DNA of 64,000 nucleotides from Catajapyx aquilonaris (Eukaryota). The notes beneath the pieces are model-generated. The model saw nothing but the letters and a program-made list of their open reading frames with translations, was not told where the DNA came from and made no database searches. Where the stretch lies: positions 62,001 through 126,000 of the forward strand of contig KZ538193.1 in NCBI GenBank assembly GCA_000934665.2, given 5' to 3'. The first letter of the stretch is position 1, and every line of letters starts with the position of its first letter. Shown piece after piece: positions 1 through 13,273 of this stretch. A program made the translations under genes and the position numbers.

Positions 1-3000
1 GGATAGAAAAAAAAGACACAACAACAACAACGAGGTAGAAAAAGCAACCCCCCTCCTATACGAAATGAGTGTGGTTAAGTCAATTAACCGCAGCTGTTAG
101 CGGTTTAAAGGTTCTCGTCTCTTGCAATTAGCGTGTCGGTTTAAATTAGCGAGCGAGGTGCCACCCGGTTCCATCCTTAGTCTCGGTTTTGGAGTGTGGT
201 TGTTTTTCGGGTGTAACACTGTCGATCAAGAGACGGGTGGTTGATGTACCAGAGGGGGGGACACACTGCTGAGTTTCAGTGTATATGCAACGAGTGTGTG
301 TGTGTGTATACCCGGAACGGAGGGTTGGAGAGACCCCCGCTTTGTGTGTGTGTGAAAGTAATAATATTTCACATCTGTTTGCACTTCTTGGTTGGGTGCG
401 CGCAAAATGAGCGCGTGCCATTTCCAATGCGTGGCCGGGCCCCATTGTGAAACGAGGATTTGGCGTACTGTCATCGGTCAACTTGTTGTGTGCTGTGGGT
501 CATCCATCATCATCTTTGCCACGGTTTAAAATTCTGGATGAGTGAGACGCCATGAGACTTTGATGTAACGGGGATTTACAACAATGAGGCCTTGATTTCT
601 CCTCAGCAACATTGGCAGTTGTACGAATATTTTCAAGTTGACAATGTCGTATAAGGGAAAAATTGATATAAATGCGGAAATCTGGTTTTAGGGGGAGAGT
701 TCATTAAGAACATCTGGCTGACTTCCGGATTTTCTGACCCTCCCCTACCCCAACCCATGCCACACACTGGGCCATCACGAAAGTCTTAACACCGCCAATC
801 TACCTCTGCATGACTCATGTATAATCTGTGTTTCAGTTTGAACGTTTTGGCTGAATCACCATGCAATGCAAATCGTTTGTAGTTGTCGCCCCCTCCTAAT
901 CGAGACAAGATTAATTATTGTAGGCCTTATACTCCCGTTTCAGTCACAAGACTCTTAATTAATCTGTTGGTGTAGGCACATACCAACATTGACAAGGCAG
1001 AATCTATGCAAGCTGGAAGGCCCCGTGGTATTGCAATAGGTTAGGAGTTAATTTTCATCAACATTCAATAATTATAAATTATGGCAAATCCTATTACTTC
1101 ATAATTTTCCAACTTGCGGATAGCCAATTGCTGAGTAGACATTTTTCCTGTAGATTATTGCTTTTAGCAGCTACTTTCCAACAGTTGATATTAGGTTATA
1201 ATTATATACCTATATAATATTAGTTGTAACTGTTGATTATAATGGCTGTCATCCAGGACTTGAATTGCAATAAATTTATGAGCCAATAAGGCATTCCCAA
1301 ATGACTCAATTGGCTTATACATGGTCACCTAAAGTCAGTGGTTGAACCCATTCCTTTCTCTATATACTAGTCTACTGTAGATATGGCCTGCCAGAGTACT
1401 TCAAAAATGAGTTTTATTCACTTGTCAGGATCAAGCAATTTTCATAAGATAACACAGTAACGTCGAAAATATAAGGTATGTCATAAATATATTTTAAAAT
1501 ATATATCGCACGTCAAACCTGTCCAAAGATATGAACAGTATAACTGAATTTTACCGGGACAATTTTGTTATGGACTTTGGAAGCACATAAGAAGGATGTC
1601 CCTCTGGATAAATGACATTATGGTTGCTATAGCGATGGTAAATCAACTGGCCCTCCTGACCGAGATTCGGTCCATAAGATGATTTTGGTCTGCCTTCAAC
1701 GCTTTAGACATTTCAATTGGAAACTGTGCCCAAATCTGGCAAAAACTGCAAAAAGTGGATACTAAAGTTCAGATATTTTATTGTACGTAAATTATTTCCA
1801 TTAGTTTTCTGTTATGGAGACATTTGACTGAGGGATGTTAGAAGTGATGTGGAATAAGTTCCAATGTATTACACACTCTTTCTCAAGTCATTATTACACA
1901 ACACCATTTTAATAAAAGTCTCTACAAATGTCACAGCGAGAAGCACTGTGTTACTGCTAGTAGAAATTATAGAGAAGGTGGAGCCCCGTTCGGTTATATG
2001 AATGTGAAACCAAGCACATGTACCCGGCTTTTGTGTTCTCTACAAGCCTCGCCCGTGCTAAGGCCATGGGAGGTCTGACCTGCTAATAGAGTAATGAATG
2101 GAAGCCTTATTAGCCCCGAGAGAACGTGTGGACGGAACAATAAATCATTCCTTCTGTTGCCCTTTATTGTTTATAATTGTCGTCCCCTCCTTTTTGCTGC
2201 TTGTCGGGGGCGAAGGAGAAGCAGCATTCACAAAGGAGCGTGACGACATCCCACGGGCAACTACCCCTTTTCCCTTTAACGCTGACCTCCTTCTGAGAGC
2301 TAATCTAAGCACCATGGTCCGGGGCTACCGTCAATTTACCTTCACTTCACAAGCCACGTCAAAACAGTTTTCTCAAAACAGCAGCCTCCACCTTTTCAGA
2401 ATGACCGACAGATGAAATGTTGCAGAAGCCACTTGCTACACTAACAGTATATTTTAATGCAACAGGATTTACTCCCCCAAAAAATGCACGAAATATTTTG
2501 TTATTTACATATTAAAACCTCACTATGAAAAACCCCCAGCAAATAACCCAGGCATATAGGAGCTGTAAACAACATTCCGCGCTTCACTTATTGGGGGGAG
2601 CGTCTGACAGCCTCCTTTCGGCCGTGTTTGTCATCTTGAGAGAAAGAAGAAGTGCTCGTGGTAATCTGCTAATCGAGCCCCGAGAACACGCGTTGGCCCC
2701 CAGGTCGCCTCCTACTTTTGACACTATCTGCCCTTCCTTCTCGCGGCAGGAGCCAGATCATTAAGGCCATGCTGAATGGCGTCTCTCTCACCGCATTTCA
2801 CCCCCAAGATGGCGCCTACTCCATTTGATGAGTGTCAACCATAACACGCAATTTTTTAGTTTTAAAAACTAACGTATCAATTTAATCCAAGTTCGGCTCA
2901 ATTTGCGGACAATGAGAGGAAACAAAGCAGCTCTTTTGCCCTAAAGTGTCATGGCCGCCGTGATTCGTCCGATTTCCACTAGGCGATTCTCTGATAAGGA

Positions 3001-4409
3001 AAGCGCCATCTTGAATGTCTCTTCCAGCGCGTGGCCATCACCCGCTGCAGGTCTTTTGCCTAAATTAACTCCCATTATCAAATTTCCCGAATGCAGCGCC
3101 GCTTGTTGTCAGGCATTAATGAAGCCAGACTGTGAACAAGGGCGCTTTTAAGGGCGATTATAAGGCCTGCTGGCCCCTGCGATGGAGGCGGGCGATAGGA
3201 GGAAGACGTCAAGCCGGTGGCCATCCTCGAGGGGGCCGCAGCAGATCTCACGTCCTGATGATGGAAAAGAAGTGGGGCTCCTTCCATTACGCCCAAATTG
3301 CAAAGAAGCCCTCATCACTCACTCGCGGTCTTTTGGACGAAAAAGAATGGGTCATCTTCATCGCAGCACGGGGCTTGTTGCCTCGGGTCTTCCGAATTAG
3401 ATGAGTTGCTGATTTTTTGGTGGAGCGGGGCAAGAACTGCCATTTCCTGTACACCGTTTTTGGGTGTTATTAAGCTGCAGCCTGTTGAGGTGTGGCATGA
3501 TGGAACGGCACTTAGAAGCTTTTACCGACGCCTCTGTAATTTGGAACCAGGTTTTTATTGTCGAACGCGGTAGCCGGGGCAGAAAAAGAGCCGTGTCATC
3601 TCCTGCTGTGCGCTTTTGTCCGGTGCATCTCTTTTTTTTGCGAGTAAAAAGATTGCGATTGCCAAAGAGGAGGGGAATAATTGCACTCTGTTGTACAAAA
3701 AGTGAGAGGGACTCTTAGAAGGCTTCCTGTGTGCCACCAATATTTTTCAAATATAATATTTCACGTAACTTTGCTGTATTGAACAGAGAACGAGGTCATT
3801 GTTATGACCTTTCATCGAGGTAATTAATTTTTAAACTATTGACAAGAGGCTAATTGCTGCAGTATTGAGGTTACAAATAAATGTGACGTATATCGATCAT
3901 GGAAAAATATATAATTATGGTTACAGTTGTCTCCAAAATAAAATTCCAACTCTGCGTCTTCCCACTGCCGTTATATTTGGAATATTTATATACCACAATC
4001 TTATTTTTCTTCCAAGAAAATAGGGCTCGCGGTTTAACCACTGCTTCAACCTAGGGTTTGTCCTTGTCATTGGCTGCTGGGAACAATTAACCAAACAATT
4101 AATAACTTCAGTCGTTGGCTTTAGTGCGGTGCAACTAGGCCTTATAATTATGATGAAAATGATAAAAACGCCCTTGTTGTCGTTGTGGTGCAACATCTAA
4201 TGTTCCTACATACAGTACATTATTAATTGCAGACCTCGAGTTTCATGAAGCCTCAGAAATTGGAAACTACAAATCAGATTAATTTTTTAAACCGCAGTTT
4301 TATCCAAAGCCACAATCGATGCAGTATATTTCAGTGATGCATAGGCCTATGTATATTGCGTTACTTCCATTATAGGTCATTGTTCATTACATCCATACAA
4401 TTATTTTGA

Positions 4410-4673
4410 TTGGGTGTTTCACGCCTGTACAATTAGTACCGTACTTTTAGTTATAGGAAATTTCGCTTGAACATGTTATTTTTTGTGTAGCTTGTTGCGC
4501 CCTCAACCAGGGGCCTATTCTATATGAAAATGCTATATTCGACAGCCTGGGAGTATAATCATAGTCTAATGGAGCACATGGATAAGGGCACAACAAGCTA
4601 TAATTACACAAAATAACAACTTTGGGCGATATTAGCGATAACTAAAAACGACCCACGAACTTGGAACACCCTG
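4410..4673. mobile_element. Degraded Tc1/mariner-type MITE, same family as 59087-59347
   Basis: Right end TTGGAACACCCTG. Internal segments GTTATTTTTTGTGTAGC and TTTTAGTTATAGGAAATTTCG match the 59 kb element in reverse complement. Left end is approximate. Confidence 0.5.
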
Positions 4674-4818
4674 TGTACTTGAAGTAGCCTATATGCTACC
4701 TCCCAGCGCTTTTGGTTTAATTTAGTTTGTAAATGACTCAATTGAAGTGAATTGTGCGTTTTTCAATAAAAATGCAATTATTTGATGACAAGAAGTAGTC
4801 TTTACAGTGTTTCATGTA

Positions 4819-4943
4819 CCCTATTGCACCAACCGAAATTTCCAATCCTATAGCTCCTAATGGATGGTTATAGGAGCCCTTTTAACGTGTGCTAACGATA
4901 TGTTAGGAGCTATCGAATCGGTAATTTCGTTGGTGCAATCGGG
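4819..4943. mobile_element. Small palindromic MITE, Harbinger-like termini
   Basis: Imperfect ~41-bp inverted repeats: CCCTATTGCACCAACCGAAATTTCC...TAGCTCCTAA and TTAGGAGCTA...AATTTCGTTGGTGCAATCGGG. TSD not clear. Confidence 0.6.
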
Positions 4944-7900
4944 AATTAGTCTTATAAACAGGCTAGGGACTCACCCTTCCTGAGGTATATCTGGGATTTG
5001 ACCCATCAGCCCCACCCTGTGCACTGATAGACTGAGGTCCCTACATCTCCACTCGTGAAGCCTAATAATGTTGTGACCACGGGTGTATGAGGGATATGAC
5101 ACAAAGTGATTGCAGGAGAGTAGACTCATTGAATCCCCTCTGAATCCACCAGCCTCACCCCCTGCCAGGCATTCGGGTATCCTTCAGCGGTTATTAGCAG
5201 CACTCGGGGCTGTCTTGGGGAAACAAGGGCCCCGGAGATTCACTCATGGAACGTGACAGGGTTGGAACCCTGGCCGTCGGACCGCATCTCTTGAGCCCTC
5301 TGCTGCTCCCCAGCAGCGCCATAGGAGGGGTATATAGGGGGTGGAGGGAGGGCTTATGGAACCGAAGAAGCTGGAACAATAGTCTTTTGAAGGATTCCGG
5401 CCCCTTTAGTCGCTCCAACGGCTTGCTTTGCGCCCCAATTAGGCAGGACACTGGTACATTCCTCAGTTTAGGTTTTGGGCTGGTTTTTAGCCCCACTCCC
5501 TCCCTTCCAGTCCACTTCCAGCACGTCCCTCACTCTCAGAGAGGATTATTGCCCAGGATTTTCTCGCCCTGTCGTTGACAAAATTACCTGGCTCCTTTTT
5601 CCACCGTTACCCAATGAAGGTGGGGGCCTCCTAATTCGCCTTATTTGGAAAAGTGCCCTCCCCCTCCCCCTTTTCAATCGGATTAACTGCTGGAGGACTT
5701 TTGGACGTGTGTGTATTTGTGTGGCATGTAAACAAATAAATTGGCTGTGCACCTTTCCTGAGGTGCGTAAAGGCGTGAAATATGATATGGCAAGTTTCTG
5801 GCAGGTCACAATGTATAAACCGTTAAATACATGCCGAATATGGTTATTAATTGACTCGAATATATTATGTCCTCTCAGATGTGTAAAACATTTAGAATGA
5901 TTGAGAAATAATCAAAATTGTGTAAATAATGTTGTGTCATATATCTTCAATGTAGAAATAGAATTGCCCAATAATGAAAAAATTATGTACATAAAATTTC
6001 ATATAAGTATAGTTGTTGAAATGCGAATAAAATCATTCATAATTGTAAATAATTTCGCAACTTATATTCAGTACCCTAAATTATTTCATTTTCATTGCAC
6101 CATGTCTTTATTTGGCTATCCAAAACTTCATGCACATAAGCTAATAATATTTTCAGTGAACTGTGCAGGAAAGTAGACTATGTACCTGTACGACTATAAT
6201 CCCTTATTAAGTGTAGCCTAACAGTAGCTGCGTTCAATATCGATGTAAAAATATTATTTACATGAGGTGCGTGGATACATTCCGCATCATTCCTAAATAA
6301 TTAATTTAATAATGCTCGCATTTATTATGCTATGTTAATAGGCCTACATGAATTACCTGCACTAATAATAATTTCATGCTTATTGATTTCATTTAGTTTT
6401 TTTTACGAATAACAGATAGAAAATAAGCAGGTTTCGTGTGAATATTACGTAGCATATCCATAACATTTATTATAAACTTGTATTTTGTTATGGCTTCGAA
6501 TACGGTACGATATAAACCTGGCAGATTTACATATTAATTTCAGTTGTTGAAATAATTATGTTTGCACCTCAAAGCTGAATATGAATGACCTCCACACGGA
6601 AAGGTTTGAACATTACAATACATGATGCTGACGTTATAAGTTTACTAGTTTTTTTTTAAAACCGCGCGGCATTCTCTTTTATTGCACCTGGAAAATTACT
6701 AGAACAATTAAAAATATGCTACAAATGTTTCATGTGAAGCCTATATACTATATCGTACATTAGTCTAAACTCTAAACTATAATGATTGACCTATGCAGTA
6801 TAACTTAAATGCATATTCAATCAAAAATTACTGCCTTTACATTGCATAACCTCATCAAATTGTCACATTTTAGAGCACACCTCTAACAGCATCAGTATTA
6901 TGTCATGACAACAGAGAAATACGTTGTATTCGTTTACGCAACAAGCTTTCTGTTCGCATAACTTTTATCACGTGATGCAGAGAAAGGCTAATGGCACATT
7001 AAAAAATTACGACGTTATTGCACAAGAAAGATATACCGGTTTCGTTAATTTTTCTTAATTGTTACATGTAATCACCAGTCTTTTAACTCACCTCACTTCG
7101 TGACAATAGCGGTAAAATTTGTAATGGTTATTTCAGTAGGCGCTAATGAAACAAAAGCATTTAAAATGTAAACACACTTATTGCGCAATATTATTTCATA
7201 TGGCATAGACCTGTACTTGTTACTGAATGGCACAAAAAATCCTTGGGGAGGAAAAGCTATTATGATAAAGGCGATAGTCGAAATTGTTTAAAAATCTATT
7301 TGTCGTCCTCTTATAAATTCTAACCGTGAACATGATCCAAAAAGATATGTTAAAATCTTTAGCGGTGCAAAGGTGGAGCGCTGTATAGCAGCAGACGAAA
7401 TTTAAATAATATTATCCAACAATTTAAAACGTCATGAAAATTAATTCATTACAGTGGAGCATGTTAATCGTGCCTTACACTTATGTGCATCTCTCCTAAT
7501 CTACAGTATTTAATTGAGCAAGCGGCTGCGTAGTTTTTTGCTCATGACCAAGTATCTCAGTATCATTGGTATAGGCCTATAATACTTTACTAATTCAAAA
7601 ATCCAGATGAAATGTAGGTGACAGGCCTATAATATTCGAAGTTTTCAAAATAAGTTTAATTCAGATAATAATACTCGTGCAACAATATATTTATATTAAT
7701 TTTCATGTACCTGTAATTTGAACTATAGCATTTCTGGAGATGTCAGAGAGAGAAGCGAGTGCCGCATCTATAATTAGGTAAAGTTATAGTGAACCAATAT
7801 GCATAATATAAAAGTACACCCCTCTTCTGAGCAATTCCTGACCCGCTTTCTAATTTGTAATTTTCTAAAAATAATTCTGTGCTATTGAAAAATAACTCCA

Positions 7901-8096
7901 GCAGCCTCCTGCAGAATTTGCACCAACACGGCTTCAAAGTGGACACTATATATAACTTACAGCATGATTTGAACACTGCATGGAACCATAATAATTTTAC
8001 CACCATTTCTTTAGCCGACTGTATACAAATTCTCAGAAAGCATCCATACTCCACGAAGCCTAACTCAATGTTGACCAAAATGTAATACTGTTCGTA

Positions 8097-8160
8097 TTGA
8101 GGGTCGAGCGGATGTTTTCAATCATATAAATGTCATTGAAAACATCCGCTTGACCCTCCG
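8097..8160. repeat. Near-perfect hairpin (24-bp arms) flanked by TA; probable mini-MITE
   Basis: GAGGGTCGAGCGGATGTTTTCAAT (8099-8122) pairs with ATTGAAAACATCCGCTTGACCCTC (8135-8158), one mismatch, 12-nt loop. TA at 8095-96 and 8161-62. Confidence 0.75.
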
Positions 8161-8342
8161 TATGCATATGCCTTCAATAATTCAATCAGGTATATGAACC
8201 TTCCAAAAATACACAAACGTCATATCCGGCATCGGCAGCCTGAAACACGACACCGGACAAAACACCCACTGCATCACACATTTCCCGCATCACATGTGAA
8301 TACAATTCAAGGTGAAACACACCGGATGATCCCACGACTTAC

Positions 8343-8673
8343 CCGAGGAATCCGTGAGGTCGTCCGACTTCCTCTTGTTCATCCGTCGCTTATTGTCACA
8401 ACCTGCACTGGTGTCGATGGGTCCAAAGTCATTGAGTGGTTCAGGCGACCCTGTGCCTCCGCTGCCCTTACTGTTATGCCTGCTGCTCCTGTGGTGATGG
8501 TGATGGTGATGGTGGTCCCTGCTGAGTCCCAGGATGGCGTCAATGGTGTGCGTGGGTCCCCCAGAGGCCTGGGCCGGTGAGGTGTCCGGAGGCGTCCCGG
8601 GCGCCGAAGAGTGACCCAGCTTGGCTTCCACTCCGGTCATGTCCGCCTGGGAAGTGTCGTCCGAAATGTCCAT
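8343..8673 (-). CDS. Rx: First coding exon of a retinal homeobox (Rx/rax)-like PRD-class gene (110 codons + 1 nt; homeobox exon not in window)
   Basis: ATG at 8673 opens MDISDDTSQADMTG...PTHTIDAILGLSRDHHHHHHHH...DLTDSSG. HTIDAILG (8527-8550) is the Rx-type octapeptide/eh1 motif. The exon ends at a consensus phase-1 donor CGG|GTAAGT (GT at 8342-8341). Adjacency to otp fits the HRO cluster. The homeodomain is not visible, so identity rests on the octapeptide and synteny. Confidence 0.8.
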
Positions 8674-9020
8674 ACCTACTACTGGAGGCCGTCCATCCGC
8701 CGGATTGGATCCCGGGTTGATGGATGATGACCTCGGATGTCCCCTTCTTCCTCGGCCGGCCGCTCTCTTCAAACACTGGCCCTCAGATTAGCCGTTTTCA
8801 AAAGAGCATGTTTGCTCTCCGCTGATTTCTATTATTCCTGCGATTGGTCCTCTCATGTTTTATTAACTAAATGGGCGGGAAGTGCTCCGTAACAGAGGGG
8901 CCCTACGTCACGTTCGAATGGGCCCCTGATTGGCTCCGGGAACCCGAGTGTGCTCCGCATGGGGCCCCGCCAAAGAGACTCGGGAGGAAAGCTGTCAACA
9001 GCATCGATTCGGGGCGTGTG

Positions 9021-9028
9021 TATATATA
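9021..9028 (-). promoter_or_regulatory. Candidate TATA box for Rx
   Basis: TATATATA in GC-rich context about 350 bp upstream of the Rx ATG; motif and position only. Confidence 0.35.
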
Positions 9029-12000
9029 CCCCCCCCAGACACCGCACGCGTACTAAAAACCCAAGTTTTAAAAAAATATATATCCAATTTGTTTTTAAAA
9101 AAACTGAACGATGCGTGTTTATACAGTTTCATAACTGTACTCGATAAGATGGAAAGGTATGGGCGTGGTAGTTTCACGCTTACTATACACGACAAGGGGC
9201 CGAAGAGGTGTTTCCGGCTGCTTTTGGCAACCGGTCATTTCCGGCAGTCGTCACTCGCGTGTGATGGACCTGCCAAGCATGTATATACATGTTAAGAGGT
9301 GGGGAAGTATTGTATCGGGGTTTGTGTAAATTGCGCAACTATTGATGCCCCCTCTGGCCTCGTCCAATTTTTTTCTTTCTTTCTTTCTTTTGTCACGTCG
9401 CGTGTTGTTTATTGCCACACTCGTCTGCTGGGGGCTTCCCCGCAATAGGAGAAAGTCGCTAAAAGGGGGACAAGATAAATGTTTCAGGGGCATTAAGAGT
9501 GTGATTTATGATTTTTGTATGGTTATAAAAAGGCAACTTTTTTTTTGTTAGGTAGAGATGGTGGTTGGGGGGAATTATCGTTGCGTGAGGTGAGGTTTTA
9601 CACGATAATATGGTGTTTATTGTAATATTAGAGCACTCGGTCGCGAATTCTCGGTAAAATTCGATTTGGAGCCAAACTTCTGGAATTAATGTGTAAAGGA
9701 GACTCAAATGCGTCGATATTTTGCTAAATTTGGCCGGTTTTCATCAAACTGTGATTATTACGATAATAGTGAATGGGGTCTTTATAGAGCATTTAAGTAA
9801 TTATCCGAAGCAAAAACTACGGTCAGTATATTGACAATACTGTACATCAATACTGTACAGTCACTTATATTGAGTTGTGATATATCATATAAAATTTTAC
9901 ACACGATTTTAAGTGTAGTGGAGGCATGAAATTAGTGGAATAAAAATTTGCAGCCCTGGTTCTTAATTGTCTGGCCTTTGTCTCCAATTGGAAAGTCCAT
10001 GCTAAATCAAATGATTCAATCGAGACTGAGTGTTTTATTTGCCGCATATTTAAAATGGTTATAACTGGAGAGGCCTTGCATATACATCAGGCGTCAGTTT
10101 CTTAAAGGTATATCTCCCAAGGCACCCTTGTGAATGCAAAGGATATGAGTCGTAACAACTCATCTGCTCTTATCCTTACGGATGGGATCCGGCATCTAAT
10201 CCGTGGGGGCTCCTTTTGAGCCAAGAATGCGGGCGGGAATCTTCATGTAATTTGACCCACCCTGCAGGGGGTTCATCTTGGAAGAACCAGGTAGCGGTAG
10301 ACACTTTTTTTGTGTGAGCGGTGAAGAACTCTTTAAAACAAACAAATAAATCAAACTTTTTATCCCCATTTTGAAAACTCATCAAAACCTGCAATATATA
10401 TGCACAGAAAAAGGACGCGTGTGTTCATATATGCCAATCTGATCCCTATTTCTGTGGTGCGGTCACCCCTGAGCCTTATCAGTGTTTCTGAAATATCCGG
10501 ATTTTGCACAAAGGGAGGGCCTCCTGTTTTTTTTTGAAACGCAGATGGGACGCACTGTATCGGTGAGAAGCGCAATATAAAAGGTTGCGGTTGGGAAATT
10601 TCACCAGGCCCAGTGTCCGAAACAGCAGTTCCCGCCCCCCTGTATGTGGACACAGGACGCCTCCAAAAGATGGAATCCTCGACATTGCATTGGACGTTTG
10701 AAAGTTGGAGTGGGGGGAAACACACACAGAGGGACATGATGCCTGCTAGATATTATCCGCCAACCAGCAGCGTTCTCTGCGTCAATTGGAACATCTGTCG
10801 GTGACGCTGCCCCGCACCGCACTGTACTTTTCCAAAGGTGTACATCACCGACTGATATATTTGATATAATCATCAAGAGCTGACGGCATCAAAAAGTTGA
10901 CGCCGATTTTTCGCCATATAGTTTTGCTTCGGTTGTTAACCAGCCATGGTTTGGAAAGCATCAATCTTTTTGGCTGAATGTCTTCTGGGGATGGTTCACC
11001 CCTTTCTGCCGCTTCTTCCGATGGGAACGGCCTGCAGCTGGGGTCCAGAAGCAGCAGAGGATCCTCCTCAATCCTTCACCTTTTTCGGCCAATTACCCTA
11101 AGGAAATCGATGGCAGCCGAGTGGAAGGCCGCGAGTTGCAGCCAGCCCAACTCAGCTCTACTATATATCCCAAGCCCACCCCTTCTCCTGGCCCCGCAGC
11201 GACTGACAGCTCCTTCGGCCAGAAAATTAATTGCTCGGCGTGTGCGGCTAATTGGAAATCTAATTAACTGGGTTACAGTAAAGATAAAGCGGATATTCGT
11301 CGAGTGCCGGGTTTGGTCTGCTTGTTCTGCTGGGCTGTTGGCTGTGGGGCCAGGTTGGTGCTAATGTGCGGGGAAAGAGTTGATTGGCTCGCAACACGCT
11401 CACATCGCTTTCTTGGGACGTATTATCCATTTGCAAGTAGACTGTTATAGCTGGTCCACTGGACTATGCCATTGGTGAAAACTTGAAATTAATTCGACAA
11501 AATACCATTCGAAACAATACAGCAGATAATGAATGTACTGCCGTAAATATAATGCAAAATATTTGTCCCGGTTATTCATTGCTAATTAATACAATATTGC
11601 GTCCACATGCACTAATTTGTCACGAGGTAAACACAGAGTGCCACCAATTATTATTCAAACACTCTGTCATGACAGCGTGTAAATAACTATATTGCGTATT
11701 AACACGCTAAGAGTGTAATTTATGATGCACTTAATTTAGTACAAATTAGGGGGCTATCGAAACTGCTTCTGTGATCTTATTCCCTGGGTAAATGGACCAA
11801 AGTTTTGCAATTAAGAATCCTCTTAGGTGCGCTCTTTTTTTTGGCCACCCCCCTCTATCTGAGGGATGATGGCCCTAAACTTTTCTGATTACTCAGATCA
11901 ATCGGTTCTCAGCTCTCAGTGGGATGCTATCAACATCTAAAAAGAGGGTTACTCTCAAGCTCGGTGGTTGACTTTTTAACCGCCATGGGTAAAACCTCTC

Positions 12001-13273
12001 TGCAAACTTTATATTTAAAAAAAAGACATGCATGCTAATAACGGCCCCATTCTTTTCCCTAAAGGCGTCTATATAGTCCTCTCAATCTATGATGCTGCAG
12101 ATTATAGAATCAAGTTTCCTAAAAAAAGATCCGGAGCGCGCTGCTGCGCAGTGTTTGAAAGTGATTAGCAGTCCATAAAGTTATGACCCTCTCCAATATT
12201 CATGTTCAAAATGAGCTTCAAATCGAATTGCAGGAATCAATCTAGGAGGAAATTGGTAGCCGAGAAAGAAGCCCGGTAATGCGATTAGCCCCGGGAGATA
12301 GGTATGGCAGATGGGCGCCGGAACGCTTTGCAAAAAGGGGCATTTACATGCTAAAAACTCTAACTGCTTTACTTTGTCACCTAGTTGTCTGGGCTAAAAA
12401 GGCAAATGTTGTTATTTACTCCCCCTCCCTCCCTCCCCCCTCACCCCTACGAAAGAAGCATGACCGAATTTATTTAGTCATCACAGATTCAATTTGCTGC
12501 ACACCTGTTTCATTAATTAGCCAAGGCTCGTCCTCCTATTATTGCCAAAGTGCTCAATTAGCTTTGCAAAATAATGGGATGGCGTGGCGGCGCGTACTAC
12601 CCCCCCTCACCCCCCATCCCACCCTGTTTCACCCCCTTCTGCACCCCCTGTTCACCCTGGTGCACCAACCCCCTTTGCCCTGTGGCGCTAGGGCATCGGA
12701 CTAAATCGAAGGTGAAATGAAGCCCTTTGTCGCTTGGCCGCATTGGACTGCGAAACGTGGCGCCTGATTATCACTTTATTAGGAGCCCAAGGTGCACACA
12801 CACTGATTCAACACGCCACTCTAGTGAGTGAGGGAGGGGAATAGCACTAGAGAGAGGGATAGATCAGCACCATCAGCATCGGAGGTGGTAACAATATTCC
12901 TCATGTCACGTCCATGTTGGACAAAAAATGTAACACCTGGGGTGTGCCAATATGCGGGATAAAAATGCAAAATATGGATATTTTGTCACAGCACACTGAT
13001 TGATTTCTCCCGGGCATGCAGCTTGGACTTGATTTGCTAGAGGGGAGCTTTTTCTGTGTAATTTGAATGCCCAATCCAGACATAATTAACCTGTAACTGA
13101 CTCGAAACTACATGCAACGTGTGTCGATGGATTGGACCAGAATTATCGATTCAAATCAAAAATGAAAATGAAAATATCAACACAAAGGCGGACTCTTTAT
13201 CCCATAATTCTGTTTACTTATCTGTCATCATGCCCTTAGGTCTCTCATTTATCAGTAAGTATCTTATGTAACT

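Noticed and set aside
5194..5578. Overlapping ORFs and TATATA at ~5331 in the Rx intron as an alternative coding exon
   Set aside because: No homology; the nearby donor-like site gives phase 2, not the phase 1 needed.
1..8336. Rx homeobox exon or homeobrain within the left part of the window
   Set aside because: I saw no RRNRTTF or WFQNRR-encoding sequence; treated as Rx intron.
8194..8580. 128-aa plus-strand ORF with VMVMVMVV
   Set aside because: Antisense shadow of the Rx exon; the VM run is the reverse complement of the His codons.
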